A stretch of DNA of 64,000 bases from Camelus dromedarius (taxonomy: Eukaryota), in NCBI RefSeq assembly GCF_036321535.1, contig NC_087440.1, positions 59,458,001-59,522,000 of the forward strand. Reading direction: 5' to 3'. Below the pieces are notes generated by a model that saw nothing but the letters and a program-made list of their open reading frames with translations, had not been told where the DNA came from and did not search any database. Below, piece by piece: positions 1-10,879 of the stretch. The position numbers and the translations under genes are program-made. Position 1 is the stretch's first letter. Every line of letters begins with the position of its first letter.

Positions 1-29
1 TTTCTACCCATTTAACTGAAATTCTGAGT

Positions 30-180
30 CCAAGGGTTATGTGCGTGCATTTCTAATTTTGATAGATGTTACTAAATGCCCTCCATTAAAGGTTTTACTA
101 ATTTATATATATTCCCACCAACAATGGAGTAATTGCCCTTTAAATGTTGTGGTGCTATTTAGCTTTTCACATTTAAACAC
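30..180 (-). mobile_element. Old L1 (L1ME-like) 3' remnant
   Basis: 'ttttgatagatgttactaaatgccctcc...attcccaccaacaatg' resembles the antisense L1ME 3' UTR, judged by eye. Confidence 0.5.
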
Positions 181-239
181 ATTCTTTCCCTGATCCAGTT
201 GTAATTAACCCAAAAACAGGAACCATATCCTGTACATTT

Positions 240-305
240 CAGCATGTGCACAATACCTAGCACCATCAGTTCACTAAACTGGTGCTCAGCAGATATTTGT
301 TCAAC
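240..305 (+). mobile_element. L2 3' tail remnant
   Basis: 'cacaatacctagcacca...gtgctcagcagatatttgttca' resembles the L2 terminus. Confidence 0.45.
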
Positions 306-689
306 CTTACTTCATTCTGTGTTCGTGGGGTTTTCCTATGGCTCTGATGAATGCCGTCGTGAGCGTTGTCCTCTTTGCATGTGTGCTGTTCCCAGGAGAG
401 GAGGTGACCTGTGCATGATATTCTTAGGAGGGATGCGTCCATTGCTCTTGCTCTTCTGGGATTCTCTAATAGGATTGTCTCAGAAGGACCAATCGGTCCT
501 TGGATCTGTTAACAGGTTTGGTTAATTTGAATAATTTGGCGTAAGGACTGCGGCTGACACCAAATATGTCCTAAAACTTAGTATGTAACAAATTTTTATA
601 CCATTTTCTATAAACTATCTAATCAAAAAAGCTCTGCTCCGTGAGTTTTACTCAACCCAGCCTTAACATATGTATCAGTTGGAATAATA

Positions 690-815
690 TTACCATGTAC
701 CAACCACTAAAATTTAACATTTGTTCATTTTGTTTATATATACATATATATATGTGTATGTATATGTATATACTTGCTGAATTATTTGCAAGTAAGTTGC
801 TGATATTCCATTAAG
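690..815 (-). mobile_element. L1MC4/5-like 3' remnant with TA/TATG microsatellite (about 735-773)
   Basis: 'aatttaacatttgttcattttg...gctgaattatttgcaagtaagttgctga' around an alternating TA/TG tract. Confidence 0.5.
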
Positions 816-1146
816 TAGTAAATAAAGCTAAAAATTATTTTTGTAAATATCACCTTCTGTAAACAAATCTATTAAATATTTCACAGCTTTTTTTTTTTTA
901 AACAAATTATATCCCTTTCTCCAAAAGGATAAGAAACTGTCTGATGGCATCTGGCATCTTCCCCTCAAATATAGAAAAGACTTGTATCCGTGGAAGAACA
1001 AGGTTTAAGGAAAGTTGGGGCGCTAGGGCAGGATGGGGGTGAGGCAGCTGACACCAGAATTTCTCTTAGTAAGGGAAGTACCTTCAATGTTTTTGTTTAG
1101 GAAAATGCCTTGATCAGTTGTTTGGGGATGAAAGGTGAGACCCTAT

Positions 1147-1254
1147 ACAGTTTTACAACAATGTGACGGTGCTTAAATGCCTGTGAATTATATACTTTAA
1201 AATGGTTAATTTCATGTTACATAAATTTCACCTTAGTTTAACAATAACAAAAAT
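1147..1254 (+). mobile_element. 5'-truncated L1 3' end (L1MB/MC-like) with 13-bp target site duplication
   Basis: 'ttttacaacaatgtga...tatactttaaaatggttaatttcatgttac' plus an A-rich tail; GGTGAGACCCTAT at both 1134-1146 and 1255-1267. Confidence 0.75.
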
Positions 1255-1836
1255 GGTGAGACCCTATGAGAATGAGTTGGCAGAAGAAGAGGTGAAAGAG
1301 AGATAGCTAGATGAGGATGTGATTAAACCCACTTAACCTGACTCTCAAAGTGCAGGCAACTTTGACAACTCAGTGGCAATAAAGTGTCCTTTCATTGACT
1401 GAAGGGTTCAGCCTTGACTAGTCATCCATTGTGCTTGTAGGGAAATAACTCTTTTTAAAAGACAAAAGATCAAACCTTCAAAGAAGTGGATCTCAGAGGT
1501 TGTGACAGCTCTACATTTCCTAACACTTCCCCTTGCAGACATCTTCCCAGGTCCTCTAGAACCAAGCCTGGTAGTTCAGAACCTGGGCTCCCACAGCTTG
1601 CCTTATATAAACCTGAGGTGTTTTGTGTTTGGATTAGAACCCCTTAACTCCACTTCTACTCGGACCGTGATAGTAGGAATCAAAGGAAGTGGGGTCTCTA
1701 GGGAAGGGCACTCCACAGGGAAAGAGTGAAGACCATTTTTAGAGTTCCCTAGTGCTTTTAACTTGGTTCTGTGTCCAAATCTAAGAGAGAGCTTGGTATT
1801 CTACATGAGTGGAAGGCCATCAGTCTTGTAAAGTAA

Positions 1837-2055
1837 ATGACAATGATGAGCAAGCCCTTGTACGTATGGGCCAGGCACTATGCCAAGCGCATTATCTCAT
1901 GTGATCTGAGGTAGGTACAGTTATAGTCCCACATTCAATAGGGTAGAAATTAAAGTTTAGAGAGAGTATGAAGTTAAGTAACTTGCCCAGGCTCACTCAT
2001 GCAGAATGTAAATTAACATTTGACTATAAAGCCAGTGTGCTTAACTATCATGCTA
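1837..2055 (-). mobile_element. MIR SINE
   Basis: 'ccaggcactatgccaagcgc...aagtaacttgcccagg...tgactataaagccagtgtgcttaac' MIR core. Confidence 0.7.
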
Positions 2056-2890
2056 ATAATTACGTATAACCAACTGCTGGAGTTTTTCCCGCAGAAAGGT
2101 TCTGCTCATAGTAGATACATGGTCAATTCTGACTGTGTTAAAGGCTGCTTTATTCATTTTAAATGTTGCATATAAGTCTTGGTCTGTTCTGCACTCCAGT
2201 CAGAGCATTTGGGCCCGTGGTGCATCCTCTGAGTCACAGTCTATTGCCATGGCATTGTTGTGAATTATTTCAGAGGAAATTCTAGGGAAAGGAAAGGTAG
2301 ATGGGCTTTTACATAGAGGAGGAATGGGTTCCAATATTTGTCAGTCAGACTTCGAGAAATCTTGGATCCCTTGAAAAACAGTCAGAATTCCATTTCTGTG
2401 TCCTATGACTCTCTACAAATACAGTTTTAAAAATCCAAATATAGCTCAGACCATCAACAGTCTAATGCCTTGTTTCCAAAACTGAATTTCTTCTAGGTTC
2501 TTAAAACTTTAAAACAAATTTGGGAACATTCATAAGATTGCCAACTTTTTATTTTGCAAATTAATTGAGGGCATTAAAAAAAATTGTCACCATTCATCAT
2601 TGTTCTTTAATATAAAAAAGTAAGGAAGGTCGTATTATAATAAAATACAGTTCTTTAAGTTTAATAGATCTAGATTTGTTAAAATCTTGCTATATATTCA
2701 TTATTTTTCTCATCAAGGCCCACGAAAATTTTCTCATGGGTCAGTATTTCAAAACTACTGGTCCAAATAACCAAAGTCTGTATTCAAAATTCAGTAAATA
2801 TTTCTGCTTCTTTAATGCTAACTGACTTCAATTATCTTATATTCGGAAGGAAGTACGTATAAAAAGACATCTTGGTTACAAAAATAGATT

Positions 2891-2911
2891 AATGACGTCA
2901 TTGGCTTCCTG
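2891..2911. promoter_or_regulatory. Full CRE (TGACGTCA) with adjoining inverted CCAAT and ETS core
   Basis: AATGACGTCATT palindrome 2891-2902, ATTGG 2900-2904, CTTCCTG 2905-2911; motif match only. Confidence 0.35.
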
Positions 2912-3699
2912 CCCCCAAATTGCTGATCCTAAACTTTGGAAGGGAAAAATACCTAATTATTAATTCCTGGCTTACAAATTTACAAAATTTTGCCAAGATT
3001 TTGGGACTCAGGGAAGAAAACAGCGTTTCTACTGTAAGACTTCTTAGGTTTATATGTTACATTGCAAGTCCATCAGTAATGATTATCCCATGATAATATT
3101 TACATTTCAAAGGGAAGCAAAATAGTTGGGGGACTCCCCATGTCTCCTGCTAAAGATTTGTCATTCATTTGCATTCAAATAAATTCTGTGCTTTCACTCA
3201 TCCAGAATAGTTCTCAACTTACTAGCTAACCAGACTAAACAGAGTTGCACTCATGCATTTGAATGTCATTGTAAAAATGGTTTTCCCAGACTTTTTTATC
3301 TTTTCAATCAAATCCCCCAAAAGATGTCTAATCACTTTTAGGTTCATTTACTTAAATGTTTCCCAGTGTTCTATAGCAGCACTTCTATGTATTAAAACAA
3401 AAAGAAACTTGCTTTCAGGAAGCCACAGAGCCATACTTTAGCAACTTAGAACTTTATTCTGGTGCGAGAAATTTCTTGAAACTCCATTTGCAACCTCATT
3501 TGTGAATGGCTGATTTTGCCTTTCATACAGGTATACGGCCTTGTTCAGTAAGTATAATATCTGTCCTTTAGTTGGTAGACCACCCCTGGAGCTTACAATC
3601 CCACAGCTAGGGTTGTAATATCCTGAAGGTCAAGGCTTGGCCATAGTGCCTGCCTTGCGCACACTAGATCTTCAGTGGGCGCTTATTGGAAAAATAACA

Positions 3700-4110
3700 T
3701 AGCTTGGTGAGTAATAGGAACATGAAAATTCTTCTGGACAGCTTAATAGGGATGGGGGCTCACTGCCTTCTGGGTGAGCAGGGAAGATTGTGTGGAGGGA
3801 GTAACAGCTAAGTAAAATTGCAGGATAACCAAAGTAGAGTGGAGAATGGGAGGAAGGCATTTCCACTAGAAGATACTAACAAATGTATAAGAAAATGAAA
3901 GGTATATTTTGAAAATGACAGGTAAAAGTTTTACCAGGAGCAAAGATGTACATGTGGTTTGCGAAATAAAGCTGAAGTGGGTAGGTTCCCGGTTGTAGAG
4001 AATGCCAAAAGGTAGGCTGAGTTGGACTTGACATCAAACAAAAGGTAGGGTCATAGTTGAGGGCCTTTGAGCAAGGCATAATCAAAAATGGTGATAGAAA
4101 ACATTACTTG
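3700..4110 (-). mobile_element. L2 LINE remnant
   Basis: 'gggaggaaggcatttcc...gagggcctttgagcaagg...gatagaaaacattactt' resembles the antisense L2 3' region. Confidence 0.55.
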
Positions 4111-4289
4111 CCTCTCTATATTGACTATCAACATCATCATGTTCCAAAACCTTTATGAAAAGAAGTACTTTCAGCCTTTATGGGCTGGTCATCTAAAAAC
4201 CTACACTTAATTTGTTCCAAAGTCCCTGCTCTAGGGAGCTTGAGGAAATTGTCCTGGGGTCGAGTAAATCCCCCTGCCCTCAGAGCCTA

Positions 4290-4450
4290 TTAAGACCTCT
4301 GGCATCTTAAGGGACTCCCCCTGGAGTTCCTGCCTCCACATTTTTGCACAAGCCATTCATGCTGTATTCTCTTTCCTCTCCAAAGCTCCTCCTCTTCCTC
4401 AAAACCTAACCCAACACTCACCTCCACTGGAAGGACTTCTCAGACCATGA
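4290..4450 (+). mobile_element. L2 LINE remnant
   Basis: 'cctgcctccacatttttgcacaagccattc...cacctccactggaaggacttctcagacc'. Confidence 0.45.
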
Positions 4451-4623
4451 CTTCATGTAACTGTTTGCTCTGTTATTCAGGAAATCCACCCCAGCATCTT
4501 GATGCTACATTTAATTTTTTTAACTGCAAAATATACGTATTCTTATATATTTACGTCTCAACACACAATTATAGCCTTTATGACAGATACTACTCTACCA
4601 GCTCCTTTATATCTTCCATCCAG

Positions 4624-4683
4624 GACCTGCCTTCCATGCCCACCCTGCCGCACCCAACTTCACAGGACAGCACGGTGCACTTG
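4624..4683 (+). other. Candidate 60-nt internal exon, product unknown
   Basis: Pyrimidine tract 'ctcctttatatcttccatccag' acceptor and TTG|GTGAGT donor; no stop in any of the three frames; no recognised homology. Confidence 0.3.
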
Positions 4684-4895
4684 GTGAGTGTTGGCGGTTT
4701 AAGAGCTTGCCTTAGACGAGGAAGGATTTCTTTCAAGCTGAAGTCCTATGGACTCTGTGGACTGTGGGTTTTCACCTCTCTTTGGTTCCAGCTTCTTGTC
4801 ACCAGCATGTGTAGAGCTTCTAGAACAGTTCCTACCAAGAGAGAATCACTTCCTGTGCCTCTTTTCCTGTCTCCACTATGAACAGTACGCATTAA

Positions 4896-4915
4896 ACACA
4901 CACACACACACACAC
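4896..4915. repeat. (AC)10 microsatellite
   Basis: Read directly. Confidence 0.95.
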
Positions 4916-5586
4916 GCACCCCTCTTATTTTTACTTAATTTTTTCGTAGCTCGTGTTACCCTTCATCTGTTCTCTCATACCTATGACTAACAATGGCAGG
5001 GACACCCCACCCACGTACACACCTCATTCCATCCCTCCACATTGTATCTAGTGTTCTCTAGAGCTTGTTTGTCATATAACCTGCTATGGGGAGAGGCCCA
5101 GCTGAGGGAGTTTCTGATGCCAGCTGGACAAAGGTATATTTTTATCTCCAGATGCCAGCCTGGTAAAAGTCATAGCCCTGAAGGATTCAGAACTAGCTCT
5201 CTTCCTTGGAAATTGCGCCCCCTCCCCCCAGAAAATACGTCTTAGACCACTTGTCCCTGCACACACTGCCTTTCACTGTCACCAACTGCCGCTTCAGACT
5301 GAGCTACAGAGCCTACCTCGTGGATGCAAATCCAAAAAGCTCAGAATCCAGTCTGGGAAGCAAGTCAGGGTGGTTTGATTTGCATGGAGGAGCTCTTGAC
5401 GCTGAGTGGAGCCAGCCAAATTCCCTGGGCTCCCCAGCCCTCCGGAAATAAGCCTTACAGGGCCTGGGGGCCTGGGCCCAACAGGGTGGGTGTGATTTGA
5501 ATGTTCACTACCACAGCTGCTGCGCCCAGCCCTGGTCACTGCCATCCGTTTTGCTCCATTTTACTGCCTCAGAATCCCCCAGTGCA

Positions 5587-5854
5587 NNNNNNNNNNNNNN
5601 NNNNNNNNNNNNNNNNNNNNNNNNNNNNNNNNNNNNNNNNNNNNNNNNNNNNNNNNNNNNNNNNNNNNNNNNNNNNNNNNNNNNNNNNNNNNNNNNNNNN
5701 NNNNNNNNNNNNNNNNNNNNNNNNNNNNNNNNNNNNNNNNNNNNNNNNNNNNNNNNNNNNNNNNNNNNNNNNNNNNNNNNNNNNNNNNNNNNNNNNNNNN
5801 NNNNNNNNNNNNNNNNNNNNNNNNNNNNNNNNNNNNNNNNNNNNNNNNNNNNNN
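5587..5854. other. Assembly gap (268 N)
   Basis: N-run. Confidence 1.
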
Positions 5855-6261
5855 CTAATCACGCTGGTTTGCAGATCTGCACCTCTGGAGCCTTGGGATG
5901 GAATTAGAGGGCCACATGGCAGGTAGCAAATCATGGAGGTTTTGAGCAGAAGAGGAATGAGCCAGACCTGCAGGCGGGGGGCCGGGGAGGGGGCGGTTGC
6001 CTGAGGTGGGAGGCTTGAATGAAGAAGAGAAACTAAAGTAAATTGGACAAGGTCTGAGCCCAGAGGCCATAGGAATGGCTCTCTTTGGGCCAGTATTTTG
6101 GGTGGTTACATTACCCATCCTTCTGTTCACCATCCACAGAAGTTCCAACCCCCCTCCCCTCCCCAGGCTCAGTTCAAGTCTCTCCTGTCCCATGGCCCTT
6201 CCCTGGCCACCTAGCCCACAGTGATTTTCCTCCTAAGTGCCCGAGTACTTTTGTCAGTTAA

Positions 6262-6478
6262 ATAAAACAGCTAACAATTACTGAGCACTTCATTTGTGCT
6301 GCTTGCTCGTGCTACCTTCACATCAATCCTGAGTGGAAGATACTATTATTTCCATCGTACAGATGATGAAATAGCGTAAGACAGATTAAACATTGTGTCC
6401 AGCGTTGGAGCTGGTAAGAGTCAGGATGGAAGACTGATTCCGATGCCAGGGTTCCGAACCATCGGAGTAGGCTGCATT
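6262..6478 (-). mobile_element. MIR SINE
   Basis: 'aacagctaacaattactgagcactt...tactattattttccatcgtacagatgatgaaa'. Confidence 0.7.
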
Positions 6479-6589
6479 CTGCGTGGTAGTGCTGCATTTC
6501 CCGTGGTACTTAGCGCGATGCAGTAACGTGGGAGAGACCATCTGAGCCTCTGGGAAATGCCGCGGAGTACACAGTGATTACTGCCTACG

Positions 6590-6725
6590 GCCTCACGTGT
6601 GCATGTGTTGTCTCTTGCCTGCCTGAAAGTAATTGCAGGGCAGGGACCATTGCTTCTGCTTTTCTGTACGCATGAACCTCCTAGCCCAGTGCTCCTTGGG
6701 GTGCGCTCAGATGGGTGGATGGATA
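6590..6725 (+). mobile_element. L2 3' end remnant
   Basis: 'gcagggcagggaccattgcttc...cctagcccagtgctcc...ctcagatgggtggatgg'. Confidence 0.5.
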
Positions 6726-7529
6726 CCAGCCCTCCTCCACCCTCACCTAAGATACTTTCCAACCTAAAACACATTCAAAGTTTGGGATCTTTGGATAGTC
6801 ACCCCTACCACTTGTTATGGTCCTATGACACATGGATAAAAGAATAAAATTGGTTTGCCTATTACATCTCCAGTGAGAGTCGCATTACCTTCTAGGAAGC
6901 TCAGTGAATGTCCTTTAGTCCTGCTGATTGCCTTGGTTTTGTTTTTGAATTTGAACCAAGGTCTATCGCCCCCAAAATGGGCTTTTCTGTTCTGTGAGTT
7001 TGTTTCAGTCTAGCACACATGTATTGCAATGGGGATAACACTAGGTACAGGAGAGCCACTGAAGGGGCACAGACCTGGGCCTGAGGATGCAGGGAAGGGT
7101 TCTGGAGGTGGCTACCTGTTGAAGGATGAGTCAGCCAGTGAGAAGGTGTATGAAGGGGACTCCAGGCAGAGGGAGCCGCGTGGACAAGGGCCCGGAGGTA
7201 TGCTGGCGGCGCCCCCAAGCACACCTGGACTCCGGCTGGAAGGGGCTCTGAGGAGAGGGTGGAAACCCAGGTCATACCTGACCCTTCTCTGCTGTCCACT
7301 TGAGCAATGAGGGTGACGCTCCTGACCTCAACCCTAGGGAAGATGTCTCTGAAGACTGTTTTCTTGGGAAATGCCTCCTCAGAATGACCCTACAGACACA
7401 GTTGTTTCTTTAGGGTCCCCGAACATAACCAGGATTGATTGGAAAACCAGGCAATTGAGTGCCCCTGTCGTAAACCACCATGGCCCAGAGCAGGATTTAA
7501 AGTTGAGGTTGCAGGCCCTCCTGAGTATT

Positions 7530-7869
7530 GTGTGCTTGCCCCTCGCCCCTCTCCCATCCTGCTCTGACCCTCAGAGGCTGACCCCACTGGGCTGTGTCAA
7601 TAGGTTCCCTTGCCCCTAGCTTCCCTTTGGGTCCAGCCAAGGAGAGGCACCAGTGGGAGCTCAGAGAGGGGAGGAAAGTGATGCCAGGGTGTTTATTCTC
7701 CCCATTCCCTCCCTGCTGGGCTACTGTTGGCTGCACAGCTCCTGTCAGGTGTCCCTCTCCCTGTAGCCATCCTTGTCAGCACCTGGGTTCTGGTAACCTA
7801 CCCCTCCCCTTGACCCCGCAGCCGTAGGGCGGTAACGGCAGCCCCCTCGCCCCCTCCATTGTTACTAGC
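7530..7869 (+). mobile_element. LTR33 (ERVL) solo LTR, interrupted by MLT1; short continuation about 8250-8280
   Basis: 'gaggctgacc...cccttgccc...cacagctcctgtcagg...ttctggtaacc...ggcggtaacggcagcccc' follows the LTR33 consensus. Confidence 0.7.
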
Positions 7870-8249
7870 CGTGATGGGCTAGTTGTGTCCCCTCAAATTC
7901 ATATGTTGAAGCCCTAACCCCAGGACTTCAGAATTTAACTGTATTTGGAGATAAGGACTTTTAAAAGTTCAAATGGGCCCACTAGACTGGGCCTAACAGT
8001 CTGGCTGGTATCCTTCTAAGAAGAGAACACTCGGACACACACAGAGACCCCAGGGACGCACGTGCACAGGGGAAAGACCACGCGATGTCACGGTGAGAAA
8101 GCGGCCAAGGAGGGAGGCTGTGGGAGAACCCAAACCTACAGCACCTTGACCTTAGACTCCTAGCCTCCAGAGCCACGAGCAAATACGTCTGTTCTTCACG
8201 CCACCCAGGCTGTGCTATTTTGTCACAGCAGCCCTAGCAGACTGATACA
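7870..8249 (+). mobile_element. MaLR MLT1 (MLT1B-like) solo LTR
   Basis: 'gtgtcccctcaaattcatatgttgaagccctaaccccc...gcagccctagcagactgataca'; 5-bp TSD CTAGC/CTTGC. Confidence 0.9.
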
Positions 8250-8418
8250 CTTGCCCTGGGGGTCCTGAATCCAGCACATGGGCTTGGTGACAAAGGCCAG
8301 AAAGCACCTCATTGAAGGCCGCTAGCTCCCACTTAAAGATGCCCCCACTCCCCTGTACTGTGTGCCCATGCGGGTACTTCAGGGCTGCTCCGAGGTACTT
8401 CTCTCCTTTGGAGCCGAG

Positions 8419-8520
8419 TGACTTTGGGTTAGTCACTCCCTATGAGCTTCGATTTTACTATCTGTAAAGCACAGATGACAAAAGCCACCACTTTGGGGGT
8501 GTTGGGAGATAAGTGCTGGA
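8419..8520 (+). mobile_element. MIR fragment
   Basis: 'gtgactttgggttagtcactccctatgagcttcgattttactatctgtaaa'. Confidence 0.5.
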
Positions 8521-9439
8521 GGAAAATGTGAATTAACTGAGTGAACCCTACAAAGAACCTACGTGTTCTTCTGTAGCACGTCTGTAAGCAGCCTCGTTGA
8601 TGAGTGTGCGCAAAGCACTGCCATCTTTGAAGGCAAGAGAATGACGATTTCTACTCTGAAAGATGGCCCTGAGGGTAGTGTAAGGGGGAGGCTCTGCTGT
8701 TTGCTCGGCAGCTCCCTGTTAGCTTTTCATTAAAAAGAAAAGTCAATTTTCACTTCACATGGATACAGACCACGTACGTAAAGCAGGTTGGATGCACACA
8801 TCTCTTTGGCTTGTCCCTGCTTTTTGTTGGAGAGGGAAATCACACGAACCAGCAGGAGGCCGGAGCCGCTGAGACTTCTAAAAAGGTACAAGGCGTGGAG
8901 CAGGAGCAGAGTGCCTTTGGGGCCCAGTTTTCTACTTCCAATAAATGAGGCTCTCAACCATGTCATCTTCACCGCAAAAGCTGAAACACTCTTCACTGTC
9001 CCCCACAGCTGGGAAGAGGGAGATCCTGACATCACACATGGGGGTGGGTCCCAGCCTCTCAGATTGCAGCTGACACTGGAGACTTGAGACGGGGCCTGGA
9101 AAGCCAAGAGGCCCAGGTAATTTCTCCCATACTCGTGCCCTCTCTGCAAACTGGACTCTACTGGCCCTTCCCAGCATGAGGCAGGACCCCAGCTCCCTAG
9201 TCCTGTTGGTCCTCCTGCTCTCCATGTAGTGGAGCTGACTCCTGGAAGTGTGCTACCTCCTGGCTGACAGGAGCACCTTCTTGTTAGTATGATGCTCTCC
9301 ATCCAATTCTCATCAGCTGGGGCTTCACTAAGGCATTCCCATGGGTATGAAATACACACTGAGGGAAGGCATGTCTCTGTGGCCGCGGGGGTGAAAAGAG
9401 AACACAATGCTCAGATGTAGAGCTCTAGAAGTTATCCAC

Positions 9440-10295
9440 TGTTATTTTAAAACTCCAGACAAACTGCAAGTTTACTACTTTTTTTGGCCCCATCAGAAAG
9501 CTAAGGTCACAGGGCAATCATCAAGCCTGAAATCTAAGGATGGACGCGGGCCTGTGGGGAAGCATGGAACATGAGCCTTTGCTTACCCGGGAGCAGGTGC
9601 AGCCAATAGAAGAATTCACCTGGAGTCAGTAAAGAGTCAGCGGAGAGTGAGCGTGGGCTGGGGGAAGGGCGGCGCCCCAGGGACTGCCTGTGTAGAGGGA
9701 GCTTGCATCTTCTAGAAGGCGTTTCTCCATGGAGCCCACCAGGCACTCACAGAAAAGACTGGTTAAAGTCCCGGGACTAAAGGCTCCCTCTGTAGCGCAG
9801 GTCTAGGGAAGGGAAAAACAGCCCCTTCAGGGGGGCCTGAAACCCCACCGGACCCCTCCCCCATCTCCCTTCTGGAACAAAAGCCTTAATCTGCAAGAGA
9901 AAGGGCAAAACCCTGTTTCCTTGAGAGCACTGGCAAAACTGGGAGAAGGAAACTGGAGAACCAAAACCAAACCCCTCCCCCAAATGAAGAGGGGAGAATT
10001 CAGGAGAAAAACCAAAAACCAAGGCTTTATTGCTGGTGATGTTCTCCACGGGAGTGAGGAGGTTCTCCAGGCAGGAGGACTGTGGTGCAAGACAGAAGAG
10101 CACTGGAAGTTGAATAAACGAAGGTAAAAGAAAATACACTTAAAATGTTTAAGTTGCTCTAAAAGATAAATGACTGTCAAGAGTGAAAAATAGTAGTAAT
10201 GTGTTATGTCTGGATAAAACGTAAAAGCAAAGCATGTAATACTGTTGGAAGGGAGGAACTGGCAATATACTGTTGTAAGGTCCTTACATCACACA
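9440..10295 (+). mobile_element. L1M 5' portion (5' UTR, ORF1 end, inter-ORF spacer), 3' part missing
   Basis: 'agaaagctaaggtcacagggca...tgaaatct' L1M2/3-like 5' UTR; 'ggaactggcaatatactgttgtaaggtccttaca' spacer abutting the ERV LTR. Confidence 0.65.
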
Positions 10296-10658
10296 TGTTA
10301 AAAAACCGAAGTTCAACTGCGTGAATTTTAAAGGTCCTATTGGCTTTACTCAATGACTTATGAACTGAGCAGCAACCAGTCTAGTAGATAAAAAGGAGCT
10401 GTAGGAGGAAGGGAGCAGGAACAAGGAAGTTAAACGAGGCAAGAAAAGAGGGTTGGTTACTGTAAGGTCGCTTTCCTTTACGGGATGGCTGGGGTCTGGC
10501 AGGCAGCTTACCTGACCAGAGCTGGTCCTTGAGGTGATTCCTGACTGACTGGTTTAAGATTCCATTTCTGGGAGAGGCTGAAGCTGTAATTAAGCCTCAG
10601 TTTGGTGACATGGGGCTTAGTGTGACTCCATTTTGGGCCTATTGTCCTGTTTTTGACA
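10296..10658 (-). mobile_element. ERV1 (class I) 3' LTR
   Basis: TG...CA termini with inverted repeat TGTTAAAAA/TTTTTGACA; ERV1-type 'cccaaaatggagtcac' near the minus-strand start; purine tract GGGAGAA just upstream on the minus strand. Confidence 0.88.
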
Positions 10659-10879
10659 GTTCTCCCGTATTGATAAGACTTCTAGTCTAGCTGAGAGAGA
10701 TGATGAAAAACTTAAGGCGTTAGTGCTCCTGCCAGCTACCAGTGTGGAATTTTTGCAGTTTAGATGAAACTCTGTGTGGTATTTACAGGTCCTGACGTCG
10801 TGTTCACATTCTTTAAGTTGGTTATTCTCTTTGTCACTGTTCTGACATTCTGTTCTCAGGGAGATCATTTGGCTGGTGG

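Noticed and set aside
1520-1620. Strong branch point and acceptor (CTAAC...CCCCTTGCAG at 1538)
   Set aside because: There is no convincing donor (best is GAG|GTGTTT) and the peptide DIFPGPLEPSLVVQNLGSHSLPYINL is not recognised.
5497-5934. Long ORFs spanning N-runs (also near 17.0, 46.7, 51.6 and 58.8 kb)
   Set aside because: Artefacts of translating gaps as X.
9009-9116. 108-nt exon-like segment (CCCCACAG acceptor, CAG|GTAATT donor)
   Set aside because: Stops occur in all three frames; it could only be non-coding, and nothing else supports it.
8730-9407. Longest ORF in the track (225 aa, minus)
   Set aside because: No recognisable domain, a Ser/Cys/Trp-rich composition typical of non-coding frames, and no supporting splice or promoter context.
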